From contig CM035351.1 of assembly GCA_020137815.1 (NCBI GenBank), positions 3,286,001 through 3,350,000 on the forward strand: a stretch of DNA of 64,000 bases. The letters are read 5' to 3'. This DNA comes from Hormiphora californensis. Lineage: Eukaryota; Animalia; Ctenophora. Below are positions 20,081 to 33,777 of the stretch, piece by piece (the first letter of the stretch is position 1; the number at the start of each line of letters is the position of its first letter). The notes beneath the pieces are model-generated. The model saw only the letters and a list, made by a program, of their open reading frames with translations, was not told the origin of the DNA and did no database searches. The position numbers were made by a program, and so were the translations under genes.

Positions 20081-21050
20081 ACCCCTTTTGACCTGCTGAA
20101 CCCGCACAGAAATAAAATGCAGTGTGACCCACACAATAAACCCCCGGAGATGTTTGTTAAGTAACCCAACAAGGAGATGTAATTATTTCCCTGACTAAAC
20201 TAAAACATTATATTTTTCGTGCGGCTATACATTTTATTCTAGAAAGTTTTACGCACCTGTTTGTTTATTTCCCCTATTGTGTAAGTTTCATTTTATGTGA
20301 CACAGCTGTGTGTAAATTTGTGGCTAAATTTCATGGCCAGATGGCATTTATTAGCTAGCTTAGTGACCCTTGAGTTAGATTGCATTTAACGAATTTTGTA
20401 TATTTTCCGCTGGCTATTCAGTGTATAGTTTGATTTGATCAAATCAGTGTATGGATGAATTCATTACCAACTCTTGAACCATATTTGTTTAACTTTGAGG
20501 AGCAATGTGACAAAGTCAAGGGCCACAATCCCGGATTGAATCCACTGTTCGGAGGTCTGGCAAATAATCCCACGGTCGTTCCGCGCGCACGTGTTTGGTG
20601 AATCTGCGCGCGGTTAGTATTATTGGAGATGCATCGCGCCGTACTGACACGGTTTGAGATTGTCTACCACAGTGGCCCTGAAGCCAGGAACTAGGATCCT
20701 AATTGAAGGAAATCAGTTGGTTTCACCAAGAACAATTAATAACACTCAATTTTCTTAAAACTAAATGAAAAGAATGTAAAAAATCAAAACAATTTAAGCA
20801 ATAAACACGCTTCAACACTTATAGTACCATGCTGTTAATGTATGAACTAAAACATTAATAGTCCCTTACTAGGCTGTATAACAAGTATAATAATAGTCCC
20901 AGTGAAGTATTAACCCACCCTGCAGCTGCAGCACCCAGTATAATACTCCAGACAGTGGAATGTTAAGAGGGCCAGGGGTCTCTGGTAGACAATAGAGGTC
21001 ACGGCTCATCGATAATTAATATATACCCTCCTCTCTATAATTAATATATA

Positions 21051-22896
21051 TGGTCAGTGATCTAATCGTTGCGAGGATTTTTGCAAAAAGGGATGACTGA
21101 ATTCACTGCAAATTTCCTAAAATCCATATTAGGACATCTTATACTACTTGAATTAATTTAAAATTTGGTATACTTATGTAAATATGTTTAAATTAGTATA
21201 CTACATGTGTTTTAAACCTTCAACTCAAATAATGTGGAGCCCAAAGGCAAAGATGCTAAATGCTCCCTGGATTTTCGAGTTTTATCAGTATGACAGTCGG
21301 ATATATGCAAATGTCTAGATAATTGATGAAACTGAACCGTAATTACCGAAGAGTAAAGGTTTGCTCCTAATATGCGGAGCCATAGCTGCTTGAAGGGGTA
21401 GCTTTTTTTATTGCCCATTTGAGGTAAGATAAACATAATTGTATCTTCTAAAATTAATAGAACTTCTTTCATAAATGTTAAAAATAAATCTCCATGCTAA
21501 AAAATGTACCCTGATATGCTCATATTGTGTGGAGCGGGTGTTATATTCATGGGTCCAAATTATCATTTTTTACTTCGATACTTTGCGGGTTCAATTCACA
21601 AGCAATCAAACTAAAAACGTATGCTAAGTGGTAACAATAACATACCAGTATATATTTTATCACTAATTTAATCTTATGACTCAAAATTTGTGGAGCAAAT
21701 CACGATTTCTCCCTCCATTTTCGCAGTATAAAATATCTACTTGAATATCAACATAATAAGCTTTATTTGCATCAAGATAACGTTCATCGGACCATAATAT
21801 TACAGAAATAATATTGCCTAATCATGGGACTCAAATTGTGTGGAGCAGTTACACATAAAACCTTGGAATACCATCAGTTACTTTGGCCTTGACAAATCGA
21901 GTTATATTACAACCAATTGAGTATTTAACCAAATATTAGCTATAATTTAACCAAATATTAGTTATAGCCTTACTCAAAATCAGGGGAGCAATGATTTTCC
22001 TCTCTGAGAATCAGAAACAGAGCATGCCATAAGGTTTTGGGCGAATTTTATGACTGTCTGGACACAAATACGGCTCCTTTAGGGGCTCCTCCACACAATT
22101 TGAGTAACTTTTTGTGGTTAAAATGGTAAATTGTTGGTGCCCAATTATCTGTACAGCTTATTTTCAAAATCAAGAACCGGTTAAACCGCAACTCAAACGA
22201 TGTGGAGCAGTTTTTGTCAAAAAATCAGTATTTGCTCCACATATTTTGAGTTAGTATCTTCGAAATACACAAGAATCTTGCTCCACTATCATTTTGCTAA
22301 CTTAATTGACTTATTTCAAGAAGCTACTCCTATTACTTTTTGATTTATTACTCTATTTGGAAGTATAGCTGCAGATCTTCCGTCGATTAAATTTGGAATA
22401 AATTATCGGCTAGGAAAAATCAGCTCCACACAAATTTGAGCAAATGTTTTGATCAAGTTAATGACTTAAAAAGCTCCTAAAATGTCTCTAGAATCTAATA
22501 GTTTATGAATAAAATGTAAAGTAAATTTAAGTAACCCCAAAGAGTAAGATTTGCTACAAAAAATCGATGTGCTCCGCACAATTTGAGTTCCTGACTTTTA
22601 ATTTTTAAACGGTATAGCTAGAAATAATTTGATTGTATATTTACTAAAATTTCAAGGAGAAAGGATGAAAAACATCTCCTCTAGAGGGGGCTCCGCAGAA
22701 TTTTGCTCCACACGTGTTTAAACGGCTATAACTTTGCTTTAGAGCAAGTAAATATGTTCTAGTTTTCACAGAAATTTAGAGTAAACAATTGTACACCGGT
22801 ATAGTGGTATTATGAGTACCAGTAATAATAGGAGCATATTTAAATATCTAAATACAAATTTGTGAAAAATCCTCGCAACGATTAGATCACTGACCA
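21051..22896. mobile_element. Non-autonomous DNA transposon, 1.85 kb, with 32-bp perfect TIRs
   Basis: TATA|TGGTCAGTGATCTAATCGTTGCGAGGATTTTT ... AAAAATCCTCGCAACGATTAGATCACTGACCA|TATA. AT-rich interior without a long ORF, carrying a repeated ACTCAAA-N-TGTGGAGC motif. Confidence 0.85.
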
Positions 22897-23117
22897 TATA
22901 CCCTCCTCTCTATACCTAATATATAATACTCTCTCTATAGAACTCATTTTATATACCGTATGTATGTGTATTACTTATAATTCAATAACTATGTACACTA
23001 TAAAGTGACCACATATAGCTGGTCAATGTCAGGGCCCTCTTTCCGGTTATAAATGACGCATAATTTTCACGCCCGGATATGTTTCTGAATCAATTACCAC
23101 ATATCCCTCTCAGACAG

Positions 23118-26099
23118 CTAAACTACTACCCCCATTATCTCCATAGCTCTCCTCTGATTCAGACTTGAATGGCCTGGAGTGCCAGACCCCCGGCAATAGT
23201 TTCTGGGCTTGGGCCAGCTGGGATCCTGAAACAACACGGCAGGAAACCGGGCTAGCAGAGTTAGTTTGGTTGAGTATCGTTTGTTTTCTAACTCTGCCTT
23301 TTTATGGCACTCAATGTCTGCCTCCTCTTTCAGTGACCAGAAAATGAAGAGTATATCACAGATGAGACAGATGGATTGGGTGAAGGATAGGAGGAAGAGA
23401 ATGAGATACATCGCCAGGATTCGTAACTGAAAATAGATCAGAGGGTTTAGGTATCCGTGTGTGTGTTCACATAACAAATTCGAAATAAGGGAACAGCAAT
23501 TGCCAATTGTTATAGAAATTATCATGTATCTGCCAACAATTCATCCGAAGGGAACCACACACATATGTCACACACACACACACACACGTCACACACAAAC
23601 ACACATGTCACACACACTTGTGATATGTACCTTTGTATTCTCCTTCACATACAAAAGACAATTGACAGGATCACCCGAAGACCAGCACCAAGTATCACAA
23701 TTCGTTGCGTTGTATTCATACTCATTCTCTGTCTTGTCTTCACCAATAATCAGGTCCCATGCACCATACTTGTCACAGTACCTGAGTACAACATGATTGG
23801 TGTAGTTCGGTGAACTACTGTCTGGCGCTGCGGACCCATCTGAGTGCACTGAGAATAACATCGGGGTCTGGCGCCGCCAGACAGGTGAACTAGGGGACTG
23901 TATAGATTGTTATAGTCAAAATGAGGGATACTGGTAGCGGTGCTGAAAGGAACTATACTGTAATACAAAACAGTAAAGGAATGTTGGTAATTCGGAGTAC
24001 GTACTCATTGCACATTTTGTAAGTACAGTTGGTTTCAGTCGCCTTTGAACATTTGTACTCTCCCAGCGTTTCTAAATCTTCCACTTTGTATGGGTTGTTA
24101 TTGACATCACTTCCATTAGAAGGTACAACTGAAACATTGAGAGTTATATGCAAACAAAGAGAAAAGTATTTCAAAACTTTGCTTATATACATGCATGCAC
24201 CTCCGACCCGAAGAAAATAGAAAAACGAATAAAAGGTACAGGAAAGTTCCACAAAATTTGTAGGTCTAGTGTCATTGGGTAGTCTGAAATCATAGTTCTT
24301 CCAGAGGCTTTCCTTTGTTAGATTACGCGACCCTGTTTTTCCGGCCCGGTGCGAAGCGAGAGTTACGGAAGTAACAAGCTTTCCTCTGAATTTTGCACAG
24401 TAGGGTAGCGACTGGCAATTTGAAACGCCTGCTAACTTGAAACAGTGTCTGATAACTTGAAACACGTGCTCTGGTTATTTGAAACAAATGCGCGTTATTT
24501 GCTCTCTGATTGGTGTCGTGTGTGTGCTGTAGCACAGTGAAGAGAGTCTGGTAACTTGAAACACTGAGGAGGGCTATTTGAAACAATTTTCTCCAATTGG
24601 ATTGTCGAAATTTTTGTTGTTCAATATGAGCATGAGGCAGGATATAAACTATGATTTGAGTCATTTCCGCCAAAAGTTGGCCGAATATGAGGCAAAAACT
24701 GCTTTCCTGCTAATTTGAAACAGTTTTTGGAAAAGGTCATTGCACCAAGCACGTTCAACAAAATTCAGATTTCAGACATGGAATGGCTCTGCACAACCCT
24801 TTTCTAACTATTCAATGTCAAAAATTTTGGTTTCGTGGAGAATTTGAGGGAGATACGGGTGTTTCAAATTAGCAGACCGAGGCGGGTAAATTGAAACACC
24901 AAATTTGGATAGATATCACGTGACCCTGACCCCGGAAGACAAAATGAGACATCTCCAACCACCCAAAAAACTACCCAGGGACTGTCTCGGTAACACAAGG
25001 TCAAAAAAATTTGGGTTCGACTTGATTTGTGGGCAGGCAAGGGAAAAAAGTGAAAAACTGTTTCAAATAGCCAGTCGCTACCCTATAAATATATTCCCAG
25101 CTTACATTGCATTTGACAGGTTCTGTTCACCAATAGCTCCCAGATGAACTGCTCATCCGTCGATGTACCATTGTTGTCATCTTTATCTCTAGTTACGGGA
25201 TGAACTTGGTTCCTCGTTTTGGGGTCTCCTGAAAAGTATAGTTATTGTACTGGGGCACATGGGGTACAGGGGCGCTATAACATATTCTATTCGTAAACAT
25301 TTAAGTTGCCTAAAAAACTTACCCCAATCAAAACGCGTTACGAATTGTGACCACTGAGTTAAAAAGTTTTCTTGAGAGTTTTCCGCTATTTTAGCGTCTT
25401 TTAAATGTGCCTCCCAACTGAATACACCTCCGGATATTAGGAGTCCCAAACCTAGAGCACCGTATACAATAAGTGATCTGATGGAGAGAGGGGATTAGGA
25501 GGGGTTAGGGTGTAAGGAGAGGTTGGGGGTGGTAGGAAGGTAATAAGGGGTCTCTTTAGCTTGTCTCTCAAGTGGGAGTTAGGAAGGAGATGTGGAGTTA
25601 GATTTGTAAACAGATCACTTGACACTCACCTGCTTTGTCTTGATACAAATCCGTAGGCCCCAATCAGACCGTGAATCATTGTTAGACACCCAATAATCAG
25701 AAACCGCGTCTGTGGAAATATAGTAGATCAAGTCACATAATCAATCCCTCGACTAAAATAACCAAATATATCTAACTAAACAATTAACATACCGTGAAGT
25801 TACTCATGATATACTTATAACATTGGTATAGTTTTGGACTAATTCAAATTAATTAAACTTACCTCAACGGTCGATATAGTACTCCCAGATGTCGAGCTAT
25901 TATCACTAACATTAATGGGACTCAGATCGTACCCGATACTAACTCCCACTGCGATGAACCCCAGGGTAAGACTGGTAAAATTGCACATGTGGAATACTAA
26001 ACGGACCAGATCGAGGGTTCTGGTGGCCGGTTCCAGATTGTCCTCTAGGAAGGCAGCCAGCTGGTTAGCATTCCGTCCCCCACCCAGGGAGAAACTCAT
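23118..26099 (-). CDS. Four-transmembrane, tetraspanin-like protein; exons 26099-25863, 25709-25630, 25477-25323, 25228-25106, 24128-24005, 23781-23631, 23426-23118
   Basis: Seven exons join in phase through GT-AG. TM1 LVFHMCNFTSLTLGFIAVGVSIGY, TM2 FLIIGCLTMIHGLIGAYGFV and TM3 LIVYGALGLGLLISGGVFSW precede a long Cys/N-glycosylation-rich loop and TM4 LAMYLILFLLSFTQSICLICDILFIFW. Confidence 0.75.
24401..25085. mobile_element. MITE / non-autonomous DNA transposon in a tetraspanin-like gene intron
   Basis: TAGGGTAGCGACTGGCAATTTGAAAC ... GTTTCAAATAGCCAGTCGCTACCCTA, with many internal TTGAAAC/GTTTCAA motifs. Confidence 0.75.
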
Positions 26100-26210
26100 G
26101 GTGGTGTAGAGCTACTACTGGGACTGCTGTTCTATAGCTGGTAGTCACATTCTATAAAGTAGGAGTGTGGTGAGAAGTGACGTTCAATGCAAAAACAGGA
26201 GAAGGAGGGT

Positions 26211-26483
<273 letters not shown>

Positions 26484-27570
26484 AAGAGTCGTATGAAGCA
26501 TTGACCATGGTACACACGCGAACGGCACGCGGAAACAGTCGACAGTATTGAGATCTAGGGAAAGAGCTAGAGAGAGATAACTACCTAGAGGACTAGAAAC
26601 CTGAAACATGACTAAAGGTGGGAGCTGAACAAACGATCCAGTGAGGTAGATGAATGTTATTCATGAGGGCATCGAGTAAGAGAGATAGAGATATAATAGA
26701 GATAGAGATAGAGATATAATAGAGATAGAATTAGATGGAGAGACTTGAAAGGACGGGTGTGTCAATGTGCGGTAAGTAAAGTAATATTTCAGAGACACAC
26801 GGGTTGCAGTCAACACTAAATGCAGAGTCTTTAGAGAGGGGGATAAAATGCAGGAAAGCATAAAAAGACAACATCCGCGGAAAGAGAGATACGTTGGGGA
26901 GGGAAACATAAAAAACGACGCGTACAGTTAAAAAAAGGAGGTGAAGAAGGGGAAAGACTGAAGAGAAGGAATGTTCAATTATGCAAAGTGCTACGTTTTG
27001 CTACGACGGTGTTGCACTGTTGCAGAGAGACAAAGACAAATGGAAGCTACTAAAAAAATTCGTATAGTATGGGGCACGGCTGAATACCTCTATTATAAAA
27101 GTTGTGAAACATGTGTATAGAGGCTCCACTGGGTATGAGCTACCTAAGCTTCGTTCGTTTGCAGTTATTCATAACAAGCTGCAAGTTACATGGGGAGTAA
27201 CAGTGTACCTCTCTCTCTTTGTTACTAATGACAAGCTGCGGGGGCCACAACAATTCACAACAACTCACGTATAACAAACAAGGCCTGCACGTGATCAAAG
27301 GATCAGCACGTATTGTTCTGAGTACACTAGTATGTCAGTAAATGCATGGTGCATGACAAGAACTAAGAAGCAGCTTTTTCTCCCTACTAAATCACTTGAC
27401 AAGAAGCAGCTTCTTTCTCCCTACTAAATCACTTGACATGGAGCAGTGTTCCAGTTGGCAGATTATTTAGATTGTTAATTGCAAATGTTTACAACTCGGA
27501 TCTCCACCAGTGGCCAGCAGCGTGACGGAGAGAGATAGCTGAGACTTTCTGCAGTGAGAGAGTGAAGGAA

Positions 27571-27649
<79 letters not shown>

Positions 27650-27848
27650 GAGAGAGAGAGTAACATGAAAAAGTATCGCTTTAGATTGTACTAGAACCTA
27701 GGAAATGGCATGCAATCACAAATAATAATCAGAATAACGAACTTTAGAAAATACACAACGTTTGTCAGGCTCTGACTATAATATCAACAGATATGGGCGT
27801 AGAACAGCTCTGTTATATCATGTTTTACATCTTTTCAATATCTCTCTA

Positions 27849-27918
<70 letters not shown>

Positions 27919-28718
27919 TTTTCTGAAGAGGTGATGAGAGTTTCTCTCAACTGCTAAGAGTATTACACTACTTCATGTAGAGGCTTCCCTTAGAAAACAG
28001 GAAGAATTTGAAGGAAAATAGAACTAAAGAGTGACTATTAGGAGTTTGGAAACATCAGGAAATTGTGATCTGACTACACTCCGGTGACAAGTCTACTAGA
28101 GATAGAGAGATATATCAGTATCAGTCGACTATAATCCTCCATTATTGAATGTTGATACCAGCTACCAATTATGTCCAACAGACAAACATGTAATGCGGCT
28201 TGATCAAGCTTGACCAGTATTATGATCAATTGAGGGGTCTATAATAACAGTAGCAGCTCTGTGTTGAACAACTCTACAGCAGCACTATAGAGATCTCGGT
28301 GAAAGTGCAGTCTGCACCATGTATTAGGCTGACACACTAGGTAGTAGGTATAGAATATATGCACATTGTACACACACAGCATGTGTACAGGCAGGGTTGA
28401 AAGTTTGTTGTGCTGTTAATTGAAATTACCATTATTATAGCGAGATAGAAAGCGAGAGGGATGTACAGAACTTCAATTGTCACTGACAGGAAAGGAGAGT
28501 CAGAAATTATAAATGCGAAAGCCCTGTGAATGGAGAACAGTGGTGCCTGGAAATAGAATAAGAGACCGAAAGAAGAATCGAAAGATGTTATAACTTGCTA
28601 ATATTAGCTATAAACGGAACTTTATCCAGTATGCCATACATCCCATGAGTGCAGTGGTAACCCAACACAATAAATGCAGTGCGACTTTCTCTCTCTCTCC
28701 CTCTCTCTCTATATCTCC

Positions 28719-28757
<39 letters not shown>

Positions 28758-28765
28758 TCTCTCTT

Positions 28766-28857
<92 letters not shown>

Positions 28858-29461
28858 CCTCTCTCTCTCCCATACCGGGACGGTAGGACACCAACATGTG
28901 TATTATGTTTCCAATTTGCTGGTCTCAGAGAAGGGGGACGGGGAGAGACAGATAGATAGCCATAGAGAGATATAAGAGAGAGAGAGAGAGATAGAGAGAG
29001 GAATAGAGAGAGGAAGGGAGAAGGCCGAGGGACCGGGGCAACGACGAAGTTTGATCACCACTGTTATAATACACACATCCGCAAACTCCCACCGCGAATT
29101 TATTTATTCGATTTCACACACAAATCAGTAACTCTTCTGTCACGGTGGCCGGGGGCCGGGGGGTCTTCAATAGAGGATAGAGAAAAACACGCATACACAC
29201 AAGTAGACAAGCAAAAAAGGGAAGTAAAAATACAGAAGAGATGAGAATGGGATAATGAATCATTGAATCATGGCTAGAGAAGAAAAGACTCTCTTTGACG
29301 TGGTTCTCTTAGAGAACACAAGATTGGGAAGTGGCACACACCAGAAGTACATAGAAAATGAGTGAGAACTGTGAGAACTGAGTGAGAGAAATGTTATAGA
29401 AAGTGAGTGAGAGGTAGTTAGATAAATTCATGGAAAGAGAATGGAAGTGATCTAGTAGTAA

Positions 29462-29574
<113 letters not shown>

Positions 29575-29937
29575 AACTCACAGAGGCTCAGAGAACAATA
29601 ACATCAGGAAGAGAGGGAAGCTCGCTCTCAGGGATGTTTGCATGTGCCAACGGACAATAAAGTGGCCAAGGAACAGACCTATAGTGGTGGCAAAGAAGTC
29701 AGAACAATGCAGCCCCGCCAGAACTACATTATGAGAACGAGAGCTTGGAGAAAATATAAAGAAGAATTTAAAATTAAACAGATAAGAAGAAAAATAGAAG
29801 GCCAGAAATAATGATATTTGCGGCAGTGAAGCGTAACGAACAGAAATAATGCTAAATGTTAATCTACAACATTTAAAGAGTCCCTGGCCTGATGATAAGC
29901 ATTCAAAAGAAATGGATTATTATTGTTCTAGCCCTAA

Positions 29938-31034
29938 TCCTTATTATAAAGTACAAATGAACGTCGTGATGATGGTGACCTATCCTAGCACGTGCAAATA
30001 GTGGGGGGTTGTCAAGGAGGTGCCATAGCCCAGCTACGCATCGGGTGATTGAAGGCTGCACGTGCGGGTTGGTGCAGTGGGTGAGAGGGGTGCTCCTGGG
30101 TTAGGGAGTGGGTATTCGGGTCAACGGGTGCTCTACTTCAACGGGTTTTCTAGTCCTTATTATAATTTGCAAATGAACGTCGTGATGAGGAGGAGTATGT
30201 AGTATCCACACGTGCAAATAGAGGGGGTTGCCAAGGGAGGGGTATTGGAGATTGTGGGGGGATACTGCACGTGCATGTTTTTGGTTCTTTGTTGCGTGTT
30301 CCTGTATTGTTCCTGTGGTGTTTTGGGATCTACTACTGGAGCTGCCATGATTGCCAAAGCCTTTCTACCTACGTACCCCGTTGATTCTCTACACAGCTAC
30401 AATTCTACGGATCTTTATCACCTGATTCTACATGTTATTCAGCGGGATTTCCCTTGATGTTTATCACCAGCGCTCTACCACTACCTACCTCCGTGTTCTT
30501 TACCCCGACATGGAGAGACAAAGAGTAAGAGGGGGGATAGAGACGGGTGGGGGGGGGGGCTATTGTAGGACTTCAATGGGCTTTCTAGTCCTTATTATAA
30601 TAAGCAAATGAACGTCGTGATGAGGAGGAGTATGACCTATCCTCACGTGCAAATAGAGGGGGTTGCCCTGGGAGGTGGCTTGGGAGGGGTATTGGAGGGG
30701 ATACTGCACGTGCATGTTGTTGGTTGTTTGTTATGTGTTCCTGTGGTGTTTCGTGGTGTTTTGGGATCTACTGCTGAGGCCGCCATGATTGCCAAAGCTG
30801 TTCTACCTACGTACCCTGTTGACTTTCTACACAGCTACAATTCTACGGATCTTTATCACCTGATTCTACATGTTATTCAGCGGGATTTTCCTTGATGTTT
30901 ATCACCAGCGCTCTACCACTACCAACCTCCGTATTCTTTACCCCGACATGGAGAGACGAAGAGTGAGAGGGGGGGGGGGGCATAGAGACGGGTGGGGGGG
31001 GGGCTGTTGTAGGACTTAACAATGGGCTTTCTAA
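29938..31034 (+). mobile_element. Second head-to-tail Helitron-like array (29938-30153, 30154-30588, 30589-31034)
   Basis: Starts A|TCCTTATTATAA. Internal junctions CTAG|TCCTTATTATAA at 30153/30154 and 30588/30589. Ends GGGCTTTCTAA|T (CTRR). No TSD. Confidence 0.75.
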
Positions 31035-33777
31035 TTTTAATATAAAGAGTGAGAGATCGGATATAATGATATATCCGTCATTCTACTTCAAATCCAGACT
31101 ATCAGGATAGTCTGGAGTTGAAGTAAAATGACGGTGTGAGCCACACAAGTCTGGAGCGGACCAAGATTGTGTTATTATAACCGAGTTGTGAGAATGCTTC
31201 TACAGAAGAATTATATTGTGCACTTTGTATATAAATCAAAGAATAAGGATGGGCTGATTGTTTATTAGGCTTTGTTGTAATCGGGGTAAGGAAATCTCCT
31301 TTATGAACTATTGTTGGTTACTAATAAACACGGAGCCTACCATATATGCGATATTTTCTGTAGGTACAAGTAGCCAGTAGCTCTCTGAAGTAAAATCCAG
31401 TGGAGATTGAGAGAGAGGAAATAGTAGGGACAACAAAGGAGAGATGGAGAGAGAGAGCAAAAGGGAGAGATAAAGAGATAGAGAGCTAGAGAGATAGAGA
31501 GCTGGCCAACTTTATAAAGTAGGCTTCTGATTGATTAATTGTGGGTGTACCAGCATCTACAGAGCTGCTGTCTACCAATCAGTGCATGTGACAATGGTTT
31601 TATTGTACCTCTCCCATGAAACACAAAATAGTCGGTAGTCACAACAACGAATATCTCACTGAGCTGCCATATTCATTTGTCTTGTTCAAACCCAGGGTCG
31701 AGCAAGGCAAATATTCACTTGTTGTTACTCCACAAATATTCACAGCGGGTACGGGGTAGCACTACCCACACACACAGACACATGTACAACGAATAACACG
31801 TGCGTGAGGTACTGCATGAGGGCAATTATATATCGACTACTGCTGAAGGAGACGGTATTATATATACAGACCCCCCTCCCCTAATGACTTCTTCTGCTTC
31901 TGTATTGGCACACTGCCCCCTTCCAGGAGGTCGGCCACTCTTTGCGGTGCAGATTACTACTGGCATACTAGGCCCCCTGATGGCAATCAGTTCTCTTTCG
32001 ATTGGAGTATTGGTTTCTGCTCAGAACACAGTGCAGACTGCAGAGTCTGTTGAGTAGCACAGAGTGTGGTCATGTATAATTATTTACAATACAAAGATTG
32101 GTAGAAATTAAGCAATGTTAAGATGGACTACGGGCCAGTAATGATCAGAGAAAACGATCGCTACTGCAGTGAAGGATATTTATGAGGCTTCATAAAATTA
32201 CTTTTTTTAAGAAAATGAAGAAACAAAATCAAAATGTAACCTTAATCGCAGGGAAAGATGAAAACACTCTTGCAAAACACACGACCTACTAATCTTTGGG
32301 GCTTGGTAAAGTGTAACAGGTGTACACCCCTGGTCGAATAAAATGAGTTGTATTAGGATAATCCACCCGTTTAGGGATTGGGGGATGATATGCGGTACCG
32401 GCAACTATCGAACAGTAAAGACCATTTATATGGGCTAACAACATAAACACACATTGGACCATTCGCCGCACCTTAGTCCTCTCACCAACACACAATGCTA
32501 GAGCCTTTAAGAGAATAAGAAAAGAGACAAAGGGCTTCATAAAACAAAGGCGTTTTAAAGTTGTAAATAAGTTAGCGTGTAGCCTCCTTACACTTTGTAT
32601 GGTGCTAAATTAAACGAAGGACTTCAGGAAATGCTTCATGGAATGAGGTTAGAGGAACTAGAGTAGGGACAAATGGAAGGGTCAGCGAGAGGCCTAGTGG
32701 CAGTACAGAATTCTGCTCTGCAGAACACTCATTCTTTTTGTTTAGAGTTGCCGGATCACATGGGAGATTGGCAACTTAACGGCCGAATAATGTTTCAGAA
32801 ATATGTATCATTTCATTTGGGAAACAGACAACCAGCAGTGTAAATCATGCACTACAGTAAGCAACGGGACTTCGACCTTCGTGCGCTTGGCAATTCAAAT
32901 CGGCGAATGTCCTATTGTAAGTAAAGAGGATACCAAATAACCCCAACCAATTTTCACCGGTCTAGGTTGTTTTGGCAATTGTTGACAGTTCAAATCCTAA
33001 GTTTTCTGACTGCTAAGTCTAGGTCAGACTGTCTGGCGTGTGGAAAATGCTTGTAATCATTGAAGTCGAAGGACGAATCACGGAGGGATCAAATTTTGAG
33101 CGATTTTCGATCGCTTCAAAAAGTTTTCAACGAAAATTTTAAAATATTTTTTACGCTGCCTTACTAAAGCGCGCGCTGCGATTCAGTGCGCGTTGCAACA
33201 TGGGCGCGGCGCGCGGTTGCATTCGGACTCAAGTTTTACTTTTTCCAAGATGGCCGTTTTTAAAAGTCAGTTTCGCACACGTCAACATTTGAACTTTGAC
33301 AATACGACTGGTTAGCCCACATGGGGACCGTATGATGACTTAATTCACACCTCACTGTGTCTAGTGGCTGCTCTGTACCGTTTCACCCCTGATGTGCCTA
33401 GTGGGTTGTGTGAGCTGAGGCTGAGAGTCCGGTCTCCCCAGCGGAGACTGGTTAGCTCGTTCTCCCATCCCCCTCAGTCATGCAGGCTACAGCCTGGTGT
33501 ATCCTATAAGTTGTTGGCGTAGTTTTTCTTTGGAATCGTTAAATAACCTTGAATTGCCGTTACAAGCGGTACATTTGAGTAAAGAATTGAATTGAAGTTG
33601 CAAAGATAACTAATTTAATAGTGAATTTCATCTTGAGATAAAGTTATTCGTAAATCGACTCGCTCATTCCCACAATTATTTTCGATGAGAAGACAGAAGT
33701 TATCAAAATTTTTAACCAATCTCCCATTCTAGATTTGCTTATGTTTTCGTATATGGTCCTGTAATCTGTTAATTGCA

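Noticed and set aside
21200-22720. Repeat-spacer pattern as a CRISPR array
   Set aside because: The motifs are degenerate, occur in both orientations, have ~150-bp spacers, lie inside TIRs, have no cas genes, and the context is eukaryotic.
31677-31710. GTTCAAACCC as a tRNA/SINE B-box (also ~18012, ~44683)
   Set aside because: There is no A-box or cloverleaf. It pairs with downstream GGGTCGAGCAAG, so it is better explained as the TIR of a small MITE family.
33110-33295. CHR (TTTGAA) and GC-rich E2F/CDE-like cell-cycle promoter elements upstream of KIF23
   Set aside because: Plausible, but the hexamers are too short and common to support without TSS data.
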